Of a DNA stretch of 64,000 nucleotides, positions 1 through 9,924 are shown one piece after another. How positions within the stretch are numbered: the first letter of the stretch is position 1; the number at the start of each line of letters is the position of its first letter. A program made the translations under genes and the position numbers. Under the pieces are notes generated by a model. The model was not told the DNA's origin. It did not search any database and saw only the letters and a program-made list of their open reading frames with translations. Source of the stretch: Parcubacteria bacterium C7867-006 (GTDB taxonomy: Bacteria > Patescibacteriota > Minisyncoccia > Phycocordibacterales > DATDWN01); contig LFCP01000001.1 in assembly GCA_001189155.1 (NCBI GenBank), positions 23,160-87,159 of the forward strand. Reading direction: 5' to 3'.

Positions 1-1162
1 AATAGATGTAAGCTACCGCTAAGCCAACTAATATAAAAAAGAAACTATAAAATCCAACACACCAGGAACCAATAATAGCAATGGCAAAAAAGATATAACT
101 AGAACCAATCATATCTTCTTTAGAGATAATATTTTCTGGTAGAGGCCTCTCTGTGTTAGAGATCTTGTCTATCTCGATGTCATAAATATCGTTTATGTGA
201 ACTGAATACATCCACATTCCAAACCAAGATATAAGTAGACAAATTACCCCTAAAATATCTACCCATGAATAAAAAGTTCCATAATCAAAAAATACAGCAT
301 AGCCCATAGCTATAATTAGTGGAGCAAGATAATAAGTTATTCTAATTGGTCTTGAATTTTTTAATATTGATGAGAGTTTTTGTTTATCACTTTTCCAGAA
401 AAATCCAATAGTTATAAAAAAAGATATAACAAAAAGTATTTGTGACATCAGTTTATCAAAACCCAATTGGAAAAATCTAAATCTTGATACAGAAAAAGCT
501 CCTTCGTGAAGAGTATTGTGAAAAATATTTGATTTTAATATTACATCTTCTAGGTATAAAGAAATTTGAGAAGTAGTGATTCCTATGTTGTTAGCGTGGG
601 AGATTATATACAAAAGACTTGGAATTGCTCCGAGTACAAACATAAAAATATAAGAAGATAGTATGGTAAAAAATATATTTTTATAACTACCAGTTTTTAT
701 CCAAACATATGAAGCTATAGCTATAAAAAGAACAGCTATCTGAACATTCATTCCGAAAGTTATTCCGTTTACTGGGATGAAAAAAGGAAATTTAAAAAAA
801 TTAAAAAAAAGTTCTCTTGGTAGTGCGTATATGTATGACATTGCTTGTCCACCCCTATTTAAAGATAGGTCTATAAGTGGAGCTGTCCACATTATTGGAA
901 ATATAAAAAGTATAAATTTACTTGAGCCAACAAAATTTTTTGTAAAATATCCTGTGATAAATATTAGCCCCAGTATTACAGCTAGAAAAAATAATCCATA
1001 ATGAATCAGTGTATATGGATCAGTCGGCATCATTCCAGATGGAGAAGGACTAGATATTGATTCAAGTAAAAATCGGACGAAGACTATGCAAATAAAACCA
1101 ATTATCCAGTCGAAAATACTAATTTTAGTATTTTCTATTTTTTCTATAATTCCTCTAATCAT
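1..1162 (-). pseudogene. UbiA-family prenyltransferase-like integral membrane protein. The 3' end lies outside the window and the frame is broken by at least 3 frameshifts between 1162 and 790; the frame from 790 to 1 is intact.
   Basis: The minus frame is open for 263 codons from 790 to 1 and encodes a hydrophobic protein with NDIYDIEID...ERPLP (UbiA Asp-rich motif NDxxDxxxD...RPL) at about 199..119. Upstream hydrophobic segments sit in the other two minus frames (1162->1031, 1034->921, 1020->772). The ATG at 1162 overlaps the ksgA stop (ATGA). The shifts coincide with A/T homopolymer runs (795-810, 935-941). Confidence 0.45.
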
Positions 1163-1941
1163 ATACTTATTTCTTTACAAAGTTTTATCCAGGTTTCCAA
1201 TCCTAAATCCTCAGCTCTGGCTTTTTCATTTATTTCACATTTTTTAAAAACATCAGCTAAGTCCCCCCTTTTATATATACTACTTAAGTTTGGAAGAAGT
1301 TGTTTTCTTTTGTGTGCAAATCCAGAATGTATAACTTTAAAAAATAATTCTTCTTTAACCCCCCCGAGTCTATTTTTGTTTATGTTTTCTATGTTTATTA
1401 CAGCTGAATCTACATTTGGTTGTGGGGTAAAGGCCCCTCTTCCAACAGTTCTGATTATCTTTGGTTCGCCGAAAATTTTTATAGAAAGAGATAGTAGACT
1501 CTCTTTTCCATCTCTGGCAACGATTCTATCAGCTACTTCTTTTTGAATAAGAAGAGTCATTGAGGTAGGTTGAGCGTCGCTTTCCAAAAACATTCTCATG
1601 ATCTGGCCTGTTATGTAGTATGGAATATTTGCAACTAGTTTATATTTATCTTTTGTTATATGAGTAATACCAACATCCAAAACATCGGCGTGTATAAGTT
1701 CTAACTGTTTGAGGGATATTTCTTTTGAAAATCTTTTTTGGAGTTCGGGTATTAATCTGTCATCTTTTTCTATTGAAATTATATGGGCTCCAGTTTCCAG
1801 AAGTTTTTCCGTGAGAACCCCTTCTCCTGGACCAATCTCTAAAACAACATTATCTTTATTAACATTTCCAGCAGAAACAATATCTTTCACAATCTGTGGT
1901 GAATTTAGAAAATGTTGACCTAGTGATTTTTTCTTTAACAT
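1159..1941 (-). CDS. rsmA: 16S rRNA (adenine1518/1519-N6)-dimethyltransferase RsmA/KsgA
   Basis: SLGQHFL, LEIGPGEGVLT (SAM-binding) and NIPYYIT motifs; 260 aa. Confidence 0.9.
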   Translation of the reverse strand: MLKKKSLGQHFLNSPQIVKDIVSAGNVNKDNVVLEIGPGEGVLTEKLLETGAHIISIEKDDRLIPELQKRFSKEISLKQLELIHADVLDVGITHITKDKYKLVANIPYYITGQIMRMFLESDAQPTSMTLLIQKEVADRIVARDGKESLLSLSIKIFGEPKIIRTVGRGAFTPQPNVDSAVINIENINKNRLGGVKEELFFKVIHSGFAHKRKQLLPNLSSIYKRGDLADVFKKCEINEKARAEDLGLETWIKLCKEISI

Positions 1942-1943
1942 TT

Positions 1944-3923
1944 TTAGAAATCTATACTAAACAAAGGAGCTTTTGGACTCTCACCAAATCCCTCTCTGTC
2001 TATATATTTAGAAGGTATATCATCTATAAACTCAGATGGAGAGTTAACTTCCATTGTACCAAATATAGTGCGTGTTTGGGCGTACGTTAAAAACAACTTT
2101 TTTCCAGCTCTTGTTACTGCTACATAGAATAACCGTCTTTCTTCCTCAGCATCTTCTCCAGATTTTCTAGATTCGCCCATACCTTTATGTGGGAATAAGT
2201 CATTTTCAAGGCCACAAATAAAGACATAATTAAACTCTAACCCCTTTGATGCGTGTACTGTCATTAGTCTTACTCCAGTTTTTTCTCCATCTAGAGAATC
2301 TTGGTCTGAGGCTAGTGATGTATCGGTTAAAAACTTCTCGATTCCCTCCTCTGGGGTCAGTTCGTCATATTTTGTAGCTAAGGTCACCAACTCCATAATG
2401 TTTTCAAGTCTGTCTGTGTCTTCCTCTAATCCCGTTTTTAGAGAGTCTTCGATACCTGATTTTTTAACAATATATTTTAAAGCTTCACTTGGCTTTTCTG
2501 TTGTTAGGACGTTTTTAAAATCCAAAAGCATTTTCCTAAAATTATTTATTTTTATTTTCATGCTTTCTGGAAGTTCACTCTCTTTTCCTTCCATTATTTT
2601 TTGAAGAGTGGTTTTGCCTATTCCTCTAGCTGGAATATTTATTATTCTTGCAAAGTCGCTGACATTTTCTGGATTAAGGCTTGCCCTTATAAAACTAACC
2701 ATATCTTTTATTTCTTTTCTTTCAAAGAACTTTGTTCCTAGCATTTGATATGGAACCCCATATGAAAGAAATGCATCTTCCAAAACTCTAGATTGAAAGT
2801 TTGCTCTATATAGAACAGCTATATGATCTGCTTTTACCCCGTTTTCTATTAGCCATTTTGATTTAAGCGCAATAAAATGTGCCTCATCTATCTCGTTTCT
2901 TCCTTCAAATAACCCTATTTTTTCTCCAGAATCATTTTCTGTAAAAAGTTTTTTTGGTATACGAAAATTATTTTTTTCTATTATTTCATTCGCTACTGCT
3001 AGAATATTTTTTGTTGAACGATAATTCTGTTCTAGAAAAAAAGTTTGAACTTCTGGATATGATCTTTCAAAATGCAGCATATTTTTTATTTCTGCACCTC
3101 TCCAGCTGTATATGTTTTGGTCCGTGTCTCCTACAACACAGATGTTTCTATTTTTTCTGGCAAGCATTTCAACTATTGAGTTCTGGACTTTGTTTGTGTC
3201 TTGGTACTCGTCTATATGGATGTATAAAAACCTTTCTTGGTATTTAGTTAAAACATCAGGATATTTTTCTAGAAGTTTTAAGGTCTTAAGGAGTAAATCA
3301 TCAAAGTCTAATGCATGTTCTTTTTTCAAGCTTTCTTCATAAAGAACCCAGACTTTTTTTGTCATTTCTGAATTAAAATCATAACTTGCTCTTTCCTCGT
3401 ATTCGGAGACGGTTACTCCTCTTCCCTTTTCTCCAGATATTATGTGACGAACACGTTCTAAATGTTCTTTGGGATCAAGTCCAACTTTTGTTAAAACATC
3501 TTTTAAAGTTTTTTTAGTATCAGATGTGTCAAAAATACTAAAATGTCTTGGCAGTTTTAAAATCTCTGCATTTTCTTTTATTATCTGCACTCCCAATGAG
3601 TGAAAGGTGCTGATAAAAGGAGCTCTCTTTCTTAAGTGGGCTAAATTAGTATCGTTTTCTAACAAAGACATAACTCTCTCCCTCATTTCTCTCGCAGCTT
3701 TGTTTGTAAATGTTATAGCTAGAATCCTTTCTGGAGATACCCCACTAGCAATAATATGTAGGATTCTATGTGTTAGGGTTTTTGTTTTGCCTGCTCCTGC
3801 TCCAGCCACGATGAGTACCGGTCCTTCGGTAGCTAAAACTGCCTTTTTTTGTTCAGAATTAAGAGAGTTTAAGTAATATTTTTTATCTTCCATTGCGAGA
3901 TTATAGCATTTTCGTATATCCAC
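1944..3923 (-). CDS. pcrA: UvrD/PcrA-family ATP-dependent DNA helicase
   Basis: Walker A GAGAGKTKTLTHR, DEYQDTN motif and VTRA near the C-terminus; 659 aa. Confidence 0.85.
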   Translation of the reverse strand: MDIRKCYNLAMEDKKYYLNSLNSEQKKAVLATEGPVLIVAGAGAGKTKTLTHRILHIIASGVSPERILAITFTNKAAREMRERVMSLLENDTNLAHLRKRAPFISTFHSLGVQIIKENAEILKLPRHFSIFDTSDTKKTLKDVLTKVGLDPKEHLERVRHIISGEKGRGVTVSEYEERASYDFNSEMTKKVWVLYEESLKKEHALDFDDLLLKTLKLLEKYPDVLTKYQERFLYIHIDEYQDTNKVQNSIVEMLARKNRNICVVGDTDQNIYSWRGAEIKNMLHFERSYPEVQTFFLEQNYRSTKNILAVANEIIEKNNFRIPKKLFTENDSGEKIGLFEGRNEIDEAHFIALKSKWLIENGVKADHIAVLYRANFQSRVLEDAFLSYGVPYQMLGTKFFERKEIKDMVSFIRASLNPENVSDFARIINIPARGIGKTTLQKIMEGKESELPESMKIKINNFRKMLLDFKNVLTTEKPSEALKYIVKKSGIEDSLKTGLEEDTDRLENIMELVTLATKYDELTPEEGIEKFLTDTSLASDQDSLDGEKTGVRLMTVHASKGLEFNYVFICGLENDLFPHKGMGESRKSGEDAEEERRLFYVAVTRAGKKLFLTYAQTRTIFGTMEVNSPSEFIDDIPSKYIDREGFGESPKAPLFSIDF

Positions 3924-4170
3924 AGCTGAAGTTTGCCTAATTGGCTATTGTGTTGACTGTTGGTAACTGCTATTGACCCACAGAGTCCAGTTTATATAAT
4001 GGTTAAGTACAGAAAAGGTTGTAAATAATATGGCTCAACAAAGCCATATTATAATTCGGAAAACTAGAATATACGTTAAATTTTAGCTTATTTTAGGTCT
4101 ACTACAGGATCCAAAGTTCTGGTCAGGTCTTAAAATCACCTCAAAAGTTTTATTTTTAAAACTAAAACAG

Positions 4171-5211
4171 GTGGGATCTACCATTTCCTCGGTGAACATA
4201 TTTGCGTCAATAATCCCAATTTTTCTAATTTTGACGTTATTTTTAGCCCCAAAAACTACACATGCAGGTGTTAGTGATGTTACCTGTTCTATATTTGGGA
4301 TTTTTTGTCCTGTAGAAGCAGAGACAGAAGAACTAGAGGCAAATTCTCAGAACATGGCCCTTCTTCAAGCTGTCATTTCTCCAGACCCAAAAGCTTCTTC
4401 AACAAAAGATAACTCTGTCATTGTTGGTGGTAATTCCCTTGCTCCAGAGACTCAGGCACCAGAATCTAAATCAATAGAGGATGATCAGATTAGTTTATAT
4501 GTTGTTCATCAGGGAGACACCTTGCCAGCTATAGCCAAGATGTTTGGTGTTACAGTAAACACAATAAGATGGGCTAATGATATAAAAGGTAACACAATAA
4601 GTGTCGGTCAAACTTTGGTAATTCTTCCTATATCTGGAATACAACATACTGTTAAATCTGGAGATACACTTCAAAGTATTGCTAAATTACATAAAGGAGA
4701 TTTGAATGAAATATTGCAATATAACAACTTAACTAAAGATGCAAAACTAGCAATCGGAGATATCATTGTTATTCCAGATGGTGAGGCAACAGTCACAACA
4801 AGTTCTTCTGGAACAAAAACTGGAACTACAAAACCTAGTTCCTCATATCCTGTTTACGATGGTTACTATATGAGACCTATAATAGGTGGAATTAGAACTC
4901 AAGGAGTTCATGGTCATAACGGTGTTGATTTGGCTTCATCATATGGCGCAAAGATTTATGCTGCTGCTGATGGTGATGTTATTATTTCAAGAAGTTCTGG
5001 ATGGAATGGTGGTTATGGTTCATATATTGTAATCAAGCATGGAAATGGAACACAAACTTTGTACGGACATTTGAGTGGAACTGCGGTTTCTGCTGGTCAA
5101 CGTGTTACACAAGGACAGGTAATAGGATATATGGGTAACTCAGGACAGGTAACGGGACATACTGGAGTACATCTACACTTTGAGATTCGTGGTGCCAGAA
5201 ATCCATTTTAA
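4171..5211 (+). CDS. Secreted peptidoglycan hydrolase with two LysM domains and a C-terminal M23 peptidase domain
   Basis: N-terminal signal/TM segment. Two LysM repeats (YVVHQGDTLPAIAKMFGV..., HTVKSGDTLQSIAKLHKG...). M23 motifs HNGVDLA and GHTGVHLHFEIR. Confidence 0.8.
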   Translation: MGSTISSVNIFASIIPIFLILTLFLAPKTTHAGVSDVTCSIFGIFCPVEAETEELEANSQNMALLQAVISPDPKASSTKDNSVIVGGNSLAPETQAPESKSIEDDQISLYVVHQGDTLPAIAKMFGVTVNTIRWANDIKGNTISVGQTLVILPISGIQHTVKSGDTLQSIAKLHKGDLNEILQYNNLTKDAKLAIGDIIVIPDGEATVTTSSSGTKTGTTKPSSSYPVYDGYYMRPIIGGIRTQGVHGHNGVDLASSYGAKIYAAADGDVIISRSSGWNGGYGSYIVIKHGNGTQTLYGHLSGTAVSAGQRVTQGQVIGYMGNSGQVTGHTGVHLHFEIRGARNPF

Positions 5212-5366
5212 CACTCAGGTCTTTTTCCTGAATCTCATCGTCTAAAATTTGAAAAATATCTTCACCGTACTATAAGTACGCCTCAGATAATTTTTAAAAT
5301 TTTATACGCGACCTTCAGGAAAAATCCTCTGAGTTATTTTTCAAATTTGATTTTTTTAAAAACCAA

Positions 5367-6929
5367 CTACAAAGTTTGATATTTCTTAGGACGATACTGG
5401 AGAGCTTCTAAAATGTGGTTTTCAGAAATTTCTTTCTCCCCTTCCATATCAGCAATAGTTCTCGCTAGTTTGATAATGCGATGATATGAACGCGCAGAGA
5501 GGTCTAGTTGTTTTGCTGAATTATTTAAAACCTCTTTTACTTTATCTGAAAGTTTTATATGAGAGACTAAATCTTTTGCCGTTAGTTCAGCATTGGTTTT
5601 TATTTTTAATTTTTTATATCTACCTTCTTGTATTTTTCTAGCCTTCCCTATTCTCGGAATTATTTTTTCAGTTTTTTCGTGAAGATCCCTTGAGTCAGTT
5701 AGTTTACCGTGTTCTATCTTTGAAACTTCAACCCATAAATCTATTCTATCTACTATTGGTCCAGATAATTTTCTTTTATATCTTTCTATTGCTTGTACTG
5801 AACAAGTGCAATCTTTGCCTTTTACTCCTAGGTTTCCGCACGGACAAGGATTCATTGTGGCAACCAAAATAAAATGGGCAGGATATTTTACTGAACCTTT
5901 TGCGCGAGAGACCGTCACCACTCTGTCTTCTAGAGGTTGTCTTAAAGTTTCCAAAACTTTTCTATCAAACTCTGGGAATTCATCTAGAAACAAAACTCCT
6001 TTATGGGCCAAAGTCACTTCACCGGGTTTTAGGTTTGTTCCTCCTCCAACCAAAGAGACATATGATGCTGTGTGGTGAGGTGAACGAAAAGGAGGATTCT
6101 CTATTAGACCTTCTTGTAGGATTCCGCCGATAGAATAAATAGATGTAACCTCTAGCATCTCATCAAAAGAAAGTTTTGGAAGTAAGTGCGTAAAAGCTTT
6201 TGCCAGCATAGTTTTTCCAGTTCCAGGTGGGCCATACATTATGATGTTGTGTCCTCCAGCCGCAGCTATCTCAAGTCCCCTTTTTGCGGACTCCTGACCC
6301 TTTACATCTGCAAAGTCTACTTCAATTTCTCTTTTTATTTTCTTTTTCTTTTTGCTCTTGTATAAAGGAAGAAAAATTTTTTGAACAGGATTTGTTTCCT
6401 CATCATATTCTTTTGTGTTTATATGTTTCACCACATCGAGAAGTGACTCTGCTCCGTAAACTTTTATTCCATTTATACTAGAAGCTTCCTCAGCATTTTC
6501 AATTGGCAAAAATATTTCTGTGAAACCATGCTTCGCTGCCATCTGTGCTATAGGCAGAGCACCTTTGATTGGTCTAAGTTTTCCATCCAAAGATAATTCG
6601 CCAATGAATAACCTGTTTTCAACAGACGCTTCTATGTCTCCGGAGGCGATAAGATAAGCTAGTGCAATAGGTAAATCAAACAACGGTCCTTCTTTTTTAA
6701 TATCTGCTGGGGCCAGTGAAACAACAACTTTTTGATTTTTGTTTTTAGGAGATTTCCAGCCAGAATTTTTTATTGCAGCTCCAACTCGGTCTTTTGATTC
6801 ATCAACGGATTTATCGGCTAGGCCGACTATAGAAAAAGAGTGGAGCCCTTTTGAGAGATCCACCTCTATATCTATTAACTGTGCGGAAAGTAGTATTGCT
6901 TGAGCTGAATATATTTTTGAAACAGCCAT
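5367..6929 (-). CDS. comM: YifB/ComM family Mg-chelatase-like AAA+ ATPase
   Basis: Lon-like N-terminal domain, Walker A GPPGTGKTMLA and a ComM/YifB-like C-terminal region. Carries an internal KKKKKIKRE Lys-rich insertion. Confidence 0.85.
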   Translation of the reverse strand: MAVSKIYSAQAILLSAQLIDIEVDLSKGLHSFSIVGLADKSVDESKDRVGAAIKNSGWKSPKNKNQKVVVSLAPADIKKEGPLFDLPIALAYLIASGDIEASVENRLFIGELSLDGKLRPIKGALPIAQMAAKHGFTEIFLPIENAEEASSINGIKVYGAESLLDVVKHINTKEYDEETNPVQKIFLPLYKSKKKKKIKREIEVDFADVKGQESAKRGLEIAAAGGHNIIMYGPPGTGKTMLAKAFTHLLPKLSFDEMLEVTSIYSIGGILQEGLIENPPFRSPHHTASYVSLVGGGTNLKPGEVTLAHKGVLFLDEFPEFDRKVLETLRQPLEDRVVTVSRAKGSVKYPAHFILVATMNPCPCGNLGVKGKDCTCSVQAIERYKRKLSGPIVDRIDLWVEVSKIEHGKLTDSRDLHEKTEKIIPRIGKARKIQEGRYKKLKIKTNAELTAKDLVSHIKLSDKVKEVLNNSAKQLDLSARSYHRIIKLARTIADMEGEKEISENHILEALQYRPKKYQTL

Positions 6930-6938
6930 AGTTTTTAA

Positions 6939-7295
6939 CTACATATGAGACTTGCAAGTTCTGGCTGAAGGGTTGGCCATAAGTCGGTCTTCCTCTATTT
7001 CCTCACCACCAACTTCACAAACTCCATATGTTCCATTTTCTATTTTTTCTAAAGCATCTTTAACATCCTTTAGTTGTCTTTCAAGATTTTCAACTTCAGC
7101 ATTGTTGTTTTCAAATTGTTCTAGACTTCCCGCTACTTCTCCTTCGTCGGCTTCGTCTGCACCATTCTCTGGGATAGTTGCTTGCCAATCAGATGGATTT
7201 TCTGGATTCATTCTTCCAATAGAAGCAAGCTGTTTCTCTACAGTTTCTTTCTCTTTTGATAAAACTTCTTTGAAATGTTGTGTGTCTATAGTCAT
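6939..7295 (-). CDS. DksA/TraR-family zinc-finger-like regulator
   Basis: Coiled-coil N-terminus and a DksA-like C-terminus (GTYGVCEVGGEEIEEDRLMANPSARTCKSH). Only 2 Cys are present, so the zinc finger is degenerate. Confidence 0.55.
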   Translation of the reverse strand: MTIDTQHFKEVLSKEKETVEKQLASIGRMNPENPSDWQATIPENGADEADEGEVAGSLEQFENNNAEVENLERQLKDVKDALEKIENGTYGVCEVGGEEIEEDRLMANPSARTCKSHM

Positions 7296-7332
7296 AATCC
7301 AATTATACCAAAATTAAGATAAATAACCAAAG

Positions 7333-8190
7333 TTATTTTGCTTGTTTGCTAACAGTAAATCTACCAATAATAGCGTTGAAAATCTTATCATTTTTTGTAA
7401 TCAGGAGGGTTTCTTTGTCTATAAAAGAATAAAGAAGTTCAATTTTCCCAGAAGGGCTTCTCAGCACCCTGAGGTCTTTGTTTTTTACTGCTAGGTCGCT
7501 AAATGGACTGGTTGTGCTAACAAGGTCTGGGTTGATTGAAAATATTTTTTGTAAATCTTTCGGCATATCATTTTCCCATTTAAGCATTCCAGAATAACTT
7601 GAAGCAAAATCTTTTACTTTGATGATAAAAAATATTTCATTTGTATCATACGAATAAACCCCAATCATATATTGGCTATCAAATGACCTGATTAGAGATG
7701 ATGGTGCGCTTGGTCCAACAAGAGACATTATTTTACTGAGTTGAACCGGGTTTGTTCCATCTGTGGTGTTTACATACAAAACAGAATTAACTGGTTGTTT
7801 AAATCCCTCTTTCTCTTTGGTTAGTGCGATTATAAGATTTTCTCTTGTTGAGCTAGCGACAGCAATACTGTCTTCTTTTGTAAAACTCAAAAGAGTTTTT
7901 GTTGCTTGTTCTACAATAGTTTTTTCGTGAGCTCTAAAATAATATATACCTATAACACTTCCCACTCCTAGTATAAAAAATATCACACTCAAATATATAA
8001 AAATTTTGTTTCTTGTTCCGCTGTATCTGACACTCACCACTTTCTCAGGTCTCTCTTCTTTTCTCTTTTGTTCTGCAACAAGAATAGTGGTACTGGAGTA
8101 TTTATTTTTACCAATAGCTTCCTCCACATCACCTTGGTATGTACGTAGTGATTTTATTGGAATTCTTCCTTTTTTTTCTTCTGGAGGCAT
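7333..8190 (-). CDS. Hypothetical membrane-anchored protein
   Basis: 285-aa ORF with a single N-terminal TM segment (IFIYLSVIFFILGVGSVIGIYYF); no recognisable domain. Confidence 0.5.
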   Translation of the reverse strand: MPPEEKKGRIPIKSLRTYQGDVEEAIGKNKYSSTTILVAEQKRKEERPEKVVSVRYSGTRNKIFIYLSVIFFILGVGSVIGIYYFRAHEKTIVEQATKTLLSFTKEDSIAVASSTRENLIIALTKEKEGFKQPVNSVLYVNTTDGTNPVQLSKIMSLVGPSAPSSLIRSFDSQYMIGVYSYDTNEIFFIIKVKDFASSYSGMLKWENDMPKDLQKIFSINPDLVSTTSPFSDLAVKNKDLRVLRSPSGKIELLYSFIDKETLLITKNDKIFNAIIGRFTVSKQAK

Positions 8191-8244
8191 TTGTATTAGT
8201 TTAACAAAATATTATCAATTATAAAATCAATTTTTTTGAAAATA

Positions 8245-8440
8245 AAAAAGACCGGCATGTGCCGATCGTGTGTGACTTAACTTTGCACTGACCATATGGT
8301 CAGTAACTCATAACGAACTCCTTAACCTGGTCGGGAGAAGGAGGATCAGAACCAAACGCCCGCATTGGAGGCGCGCGCGTATGGTGCTGGCCCCGCCCCC
8401 CTTCTCCCTTCCAGGTCCCGCCAATTCTTTACGATGGCGA
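8245..8440 (-). ncRNA. Candidate structured small RNA, unclassified (possibly SRP-RNA-like or 6S-like), ending in an intrinsic terminator
   Basis: About 60% GC island in a 33% GC genome with no ORF. A long-range helix CCUGG..GGGAGAAGG / CCUUCUCCC..CCAGG encloses about 60 nt. Minus strand carries tandem 3' hairpins (ACUGACCA/UGGUCAGU, CGGCA/UGCCG) followed by a U6 tract. Confidence 0.35.
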
Positions 8441-8496
8441 AATATCTACCAATATAATATATCTAAAAGTGGTTTATGTCAATTATTATAGACAAC

Positions 8497-8532
8497 AAGA
8501 AACGGAGCTTAAATGCTCCGTTTCTTGTTATT
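8497..8532 (-). terminator. Rho-independent terminator downstream of the NYN gene (possibly bidirectional)
   Basis: agaaacggagc-ttaaat-gctccgtttct hairpin flanked by A/T runs. Confidence 0.6.
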
Positions 8533-9084
8533 TTATTCTTCTGTTTTTGTTCTAGGAACTCTTCTTGTGCTCCTATCTCTGAATCCAAGTAAATATTTTC
8601 TAGGATTTAAATCTAGGTCTATGAAGTCATCACTAGCTTCTATAAGTTTTGCTGAAGTAGCTTTTCCAAAAGACATTACCTCAACTTGGCACCCTTCATT
8701 CTGCAAGTATTCAACTAGTGGAACAAAATCACCATCTCCTGTTACTAGTATTATCGCATCTAGTTTTGGAGCAAGTTTGATAGCATCAACAGCGAGGCCG
8801 ACATCCCAGTCTGCTTTTTTTGAGCCTCCAGCAAATATCTGGAGATTTTTTGTTTTTGTTTCTATTCCCATCTTACCAAGAGCTTCGAAAAAGTTTTTCT
8901 CATCCCCTGCTTCGGTGGTAATAACGTAGGCAACAGCTCTGGTTAGAGATCTGCCTGCTAGACCGTCTTTTACAACTTGGTCAAAGTTTACTTTTGCGCC
9001 ATAAATATTTTTGGCACAATGATAAAGGTTCTGGGTATCTATGAAGATCCCAACCCTTTGGTTTTTGTGTTTAATTACACTCAT
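8533..9084 (-). CDS. NYN-domain (LabA/YacP-like) putative RNase
   Basis: VGIFIDTQNLYH and LVTGDGDFVPLV motifs typical of the NYN/PIN-like fold. Confidence 0.75.
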   Translation of the reverse strand: MSVIKHKNQRVGIFIDTQNLYHCAKNIYGAKVNFDQVVKDGLAGRSLTRAVAYVITTEAGDEKNFFEALGKMGIETKTKNLQIFAGGSKKADWDVGLAVDAIKLAPKLDAIILVTGDGDFVPLVEYLQNEGCQVEVMSFGKATSAKLIEASDDFIDLDLNPRKYLLGFRDRSTRRVPRTKTEE

Positions 9085-9199
9085 ATATAAAAAATTAATT
9101 CTAAAATTTCAAAAAATAGTACAAATCTAATTGTATATCATTTCTAAAATAAATGCTTATTAAAGAAAACAAACTCCGAAGAGTTTGCTTTCAAAGAGA

Positions 9200-9466
9200 T
9201 TATTTTTTAAGACCGATTTTTTTGACTAGCGCACTGTATCTTTTTGGGTTTTTCTTTTCAAGATACTTCATGTGAGTTTTTCTGTCAGCTACCATTTGCA
9301 GTAATCCTCGTCTTGAGTGATTATCTTTTGCATTTTTCTTCAAGTGAGAAGCTAACTCATCAATTCGACGAGTCAAAATAGCTATTTGTACTTCAGGAGA
9401 GCCAGTATCTTTGTCGTGTACTTGCACATCCTTAATAACCTTTGATTTCTTTGTCTTTGTAAGCAT
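9200..9466 (-). CDS. rpsO: 30S ribosomal protein S15
   Basis: HDKDTGSPEVQIAILTRRIDELASHLKKNAKDNHSRRGLLQMVADRK. The true start is at internal Met 9466; the longer ORF listed to 9643 is an artefactual extension. Confidence 0.9.
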   Translation of the reverse strand: MLTKTKKSKVIKDVQVHDKDTGSPEVQIAILTRRIDELASHLKKNAKDNHSRRGLLQMVADRKTHMKYLEKKNPKRYSALVKKIGLKK

Positions 9467-9596
9467 TGATGAAAGAATATCATAAATACCTTTATTTTGC
9501 AAGCTGTTTTGCATAGCTATAAACAGCCTGTTTTCTCTCTTAAAACACTTGACATTTATCTTATTTATGATATTATTGTAGGTAAGGGAGGTCGTC

Positions 9597-9785
9597 ATGG
9601 CTAGCTTCTCAGTTTCTCTCATCGGGTCCACTAACCATATCATCGTTCACTCGTTTGTGGACGGAGACCGGATTGTGGAAATCCCAACTCGCCGCTCCAA
9701 GGAAGACTTTCTCGCTCACATCCGTTGGCTCGAACGCCACGGGCGCCGTGAAGAAGCAAGGGTGCTCCGAGAGAAGTACTCTTAA
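9597..9785 (+). CDS. Small protein (62 aa) of unknown function in GC-rich mini-cassette A
   Basis: About 55% GC versus a 33% host. GGGAGG SD 7 nt upstream of ATG. Upstream TTGACA-16-TATTAT promoter. Followed by a GC-rich terminator. Confidence 0.55.
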   Translation: MASFSVSLIGSTNHIIVHSFVDGDRIVEIPTRRSKEDFLAHIRWLERHGRREEARVLREKYS

Positions 9786-9797
9786 CTCACAACTTTT

Positions 9798-9835
9798 GGC
9801 CGTCAGTTCGTAAGAGCTGACGGCCTCTTCATTTA
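9798..9835 (+). terminator. Intrinsic terminator of cassette A
   Basis: ggccgtcag-ttcgtaagag-ctgacggcc hairpin followed by tcttcatttat. Confidence 0.7.
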
Positions 9836-9924
9836 TATTGATATCGTACCAGAAGAGTACTTCTACTAGACTAAGTATAGTATGTCGCACAATATTTTGA
9901 TTTAATGATACAATTAGACTAAAT

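Noticed and set aside
777-1001. Plus-strand 74-aa ORF (MKKGNLKKLKK...)
   Set aside because: It lies antisense to a 263-codon open minus-strand frame that encodes a membrane protein. It is low-complexity and Lys-rich from A-runs, so it is most likely spurious.
9467-9643. N-terminal 59-aa extension of the rpsO ORF (listed as 9200..9643)
   Set aside because: S15 homology begins at the internal Met (9466). The extension covers the AT-rich promoter region and is not conserved in S15.
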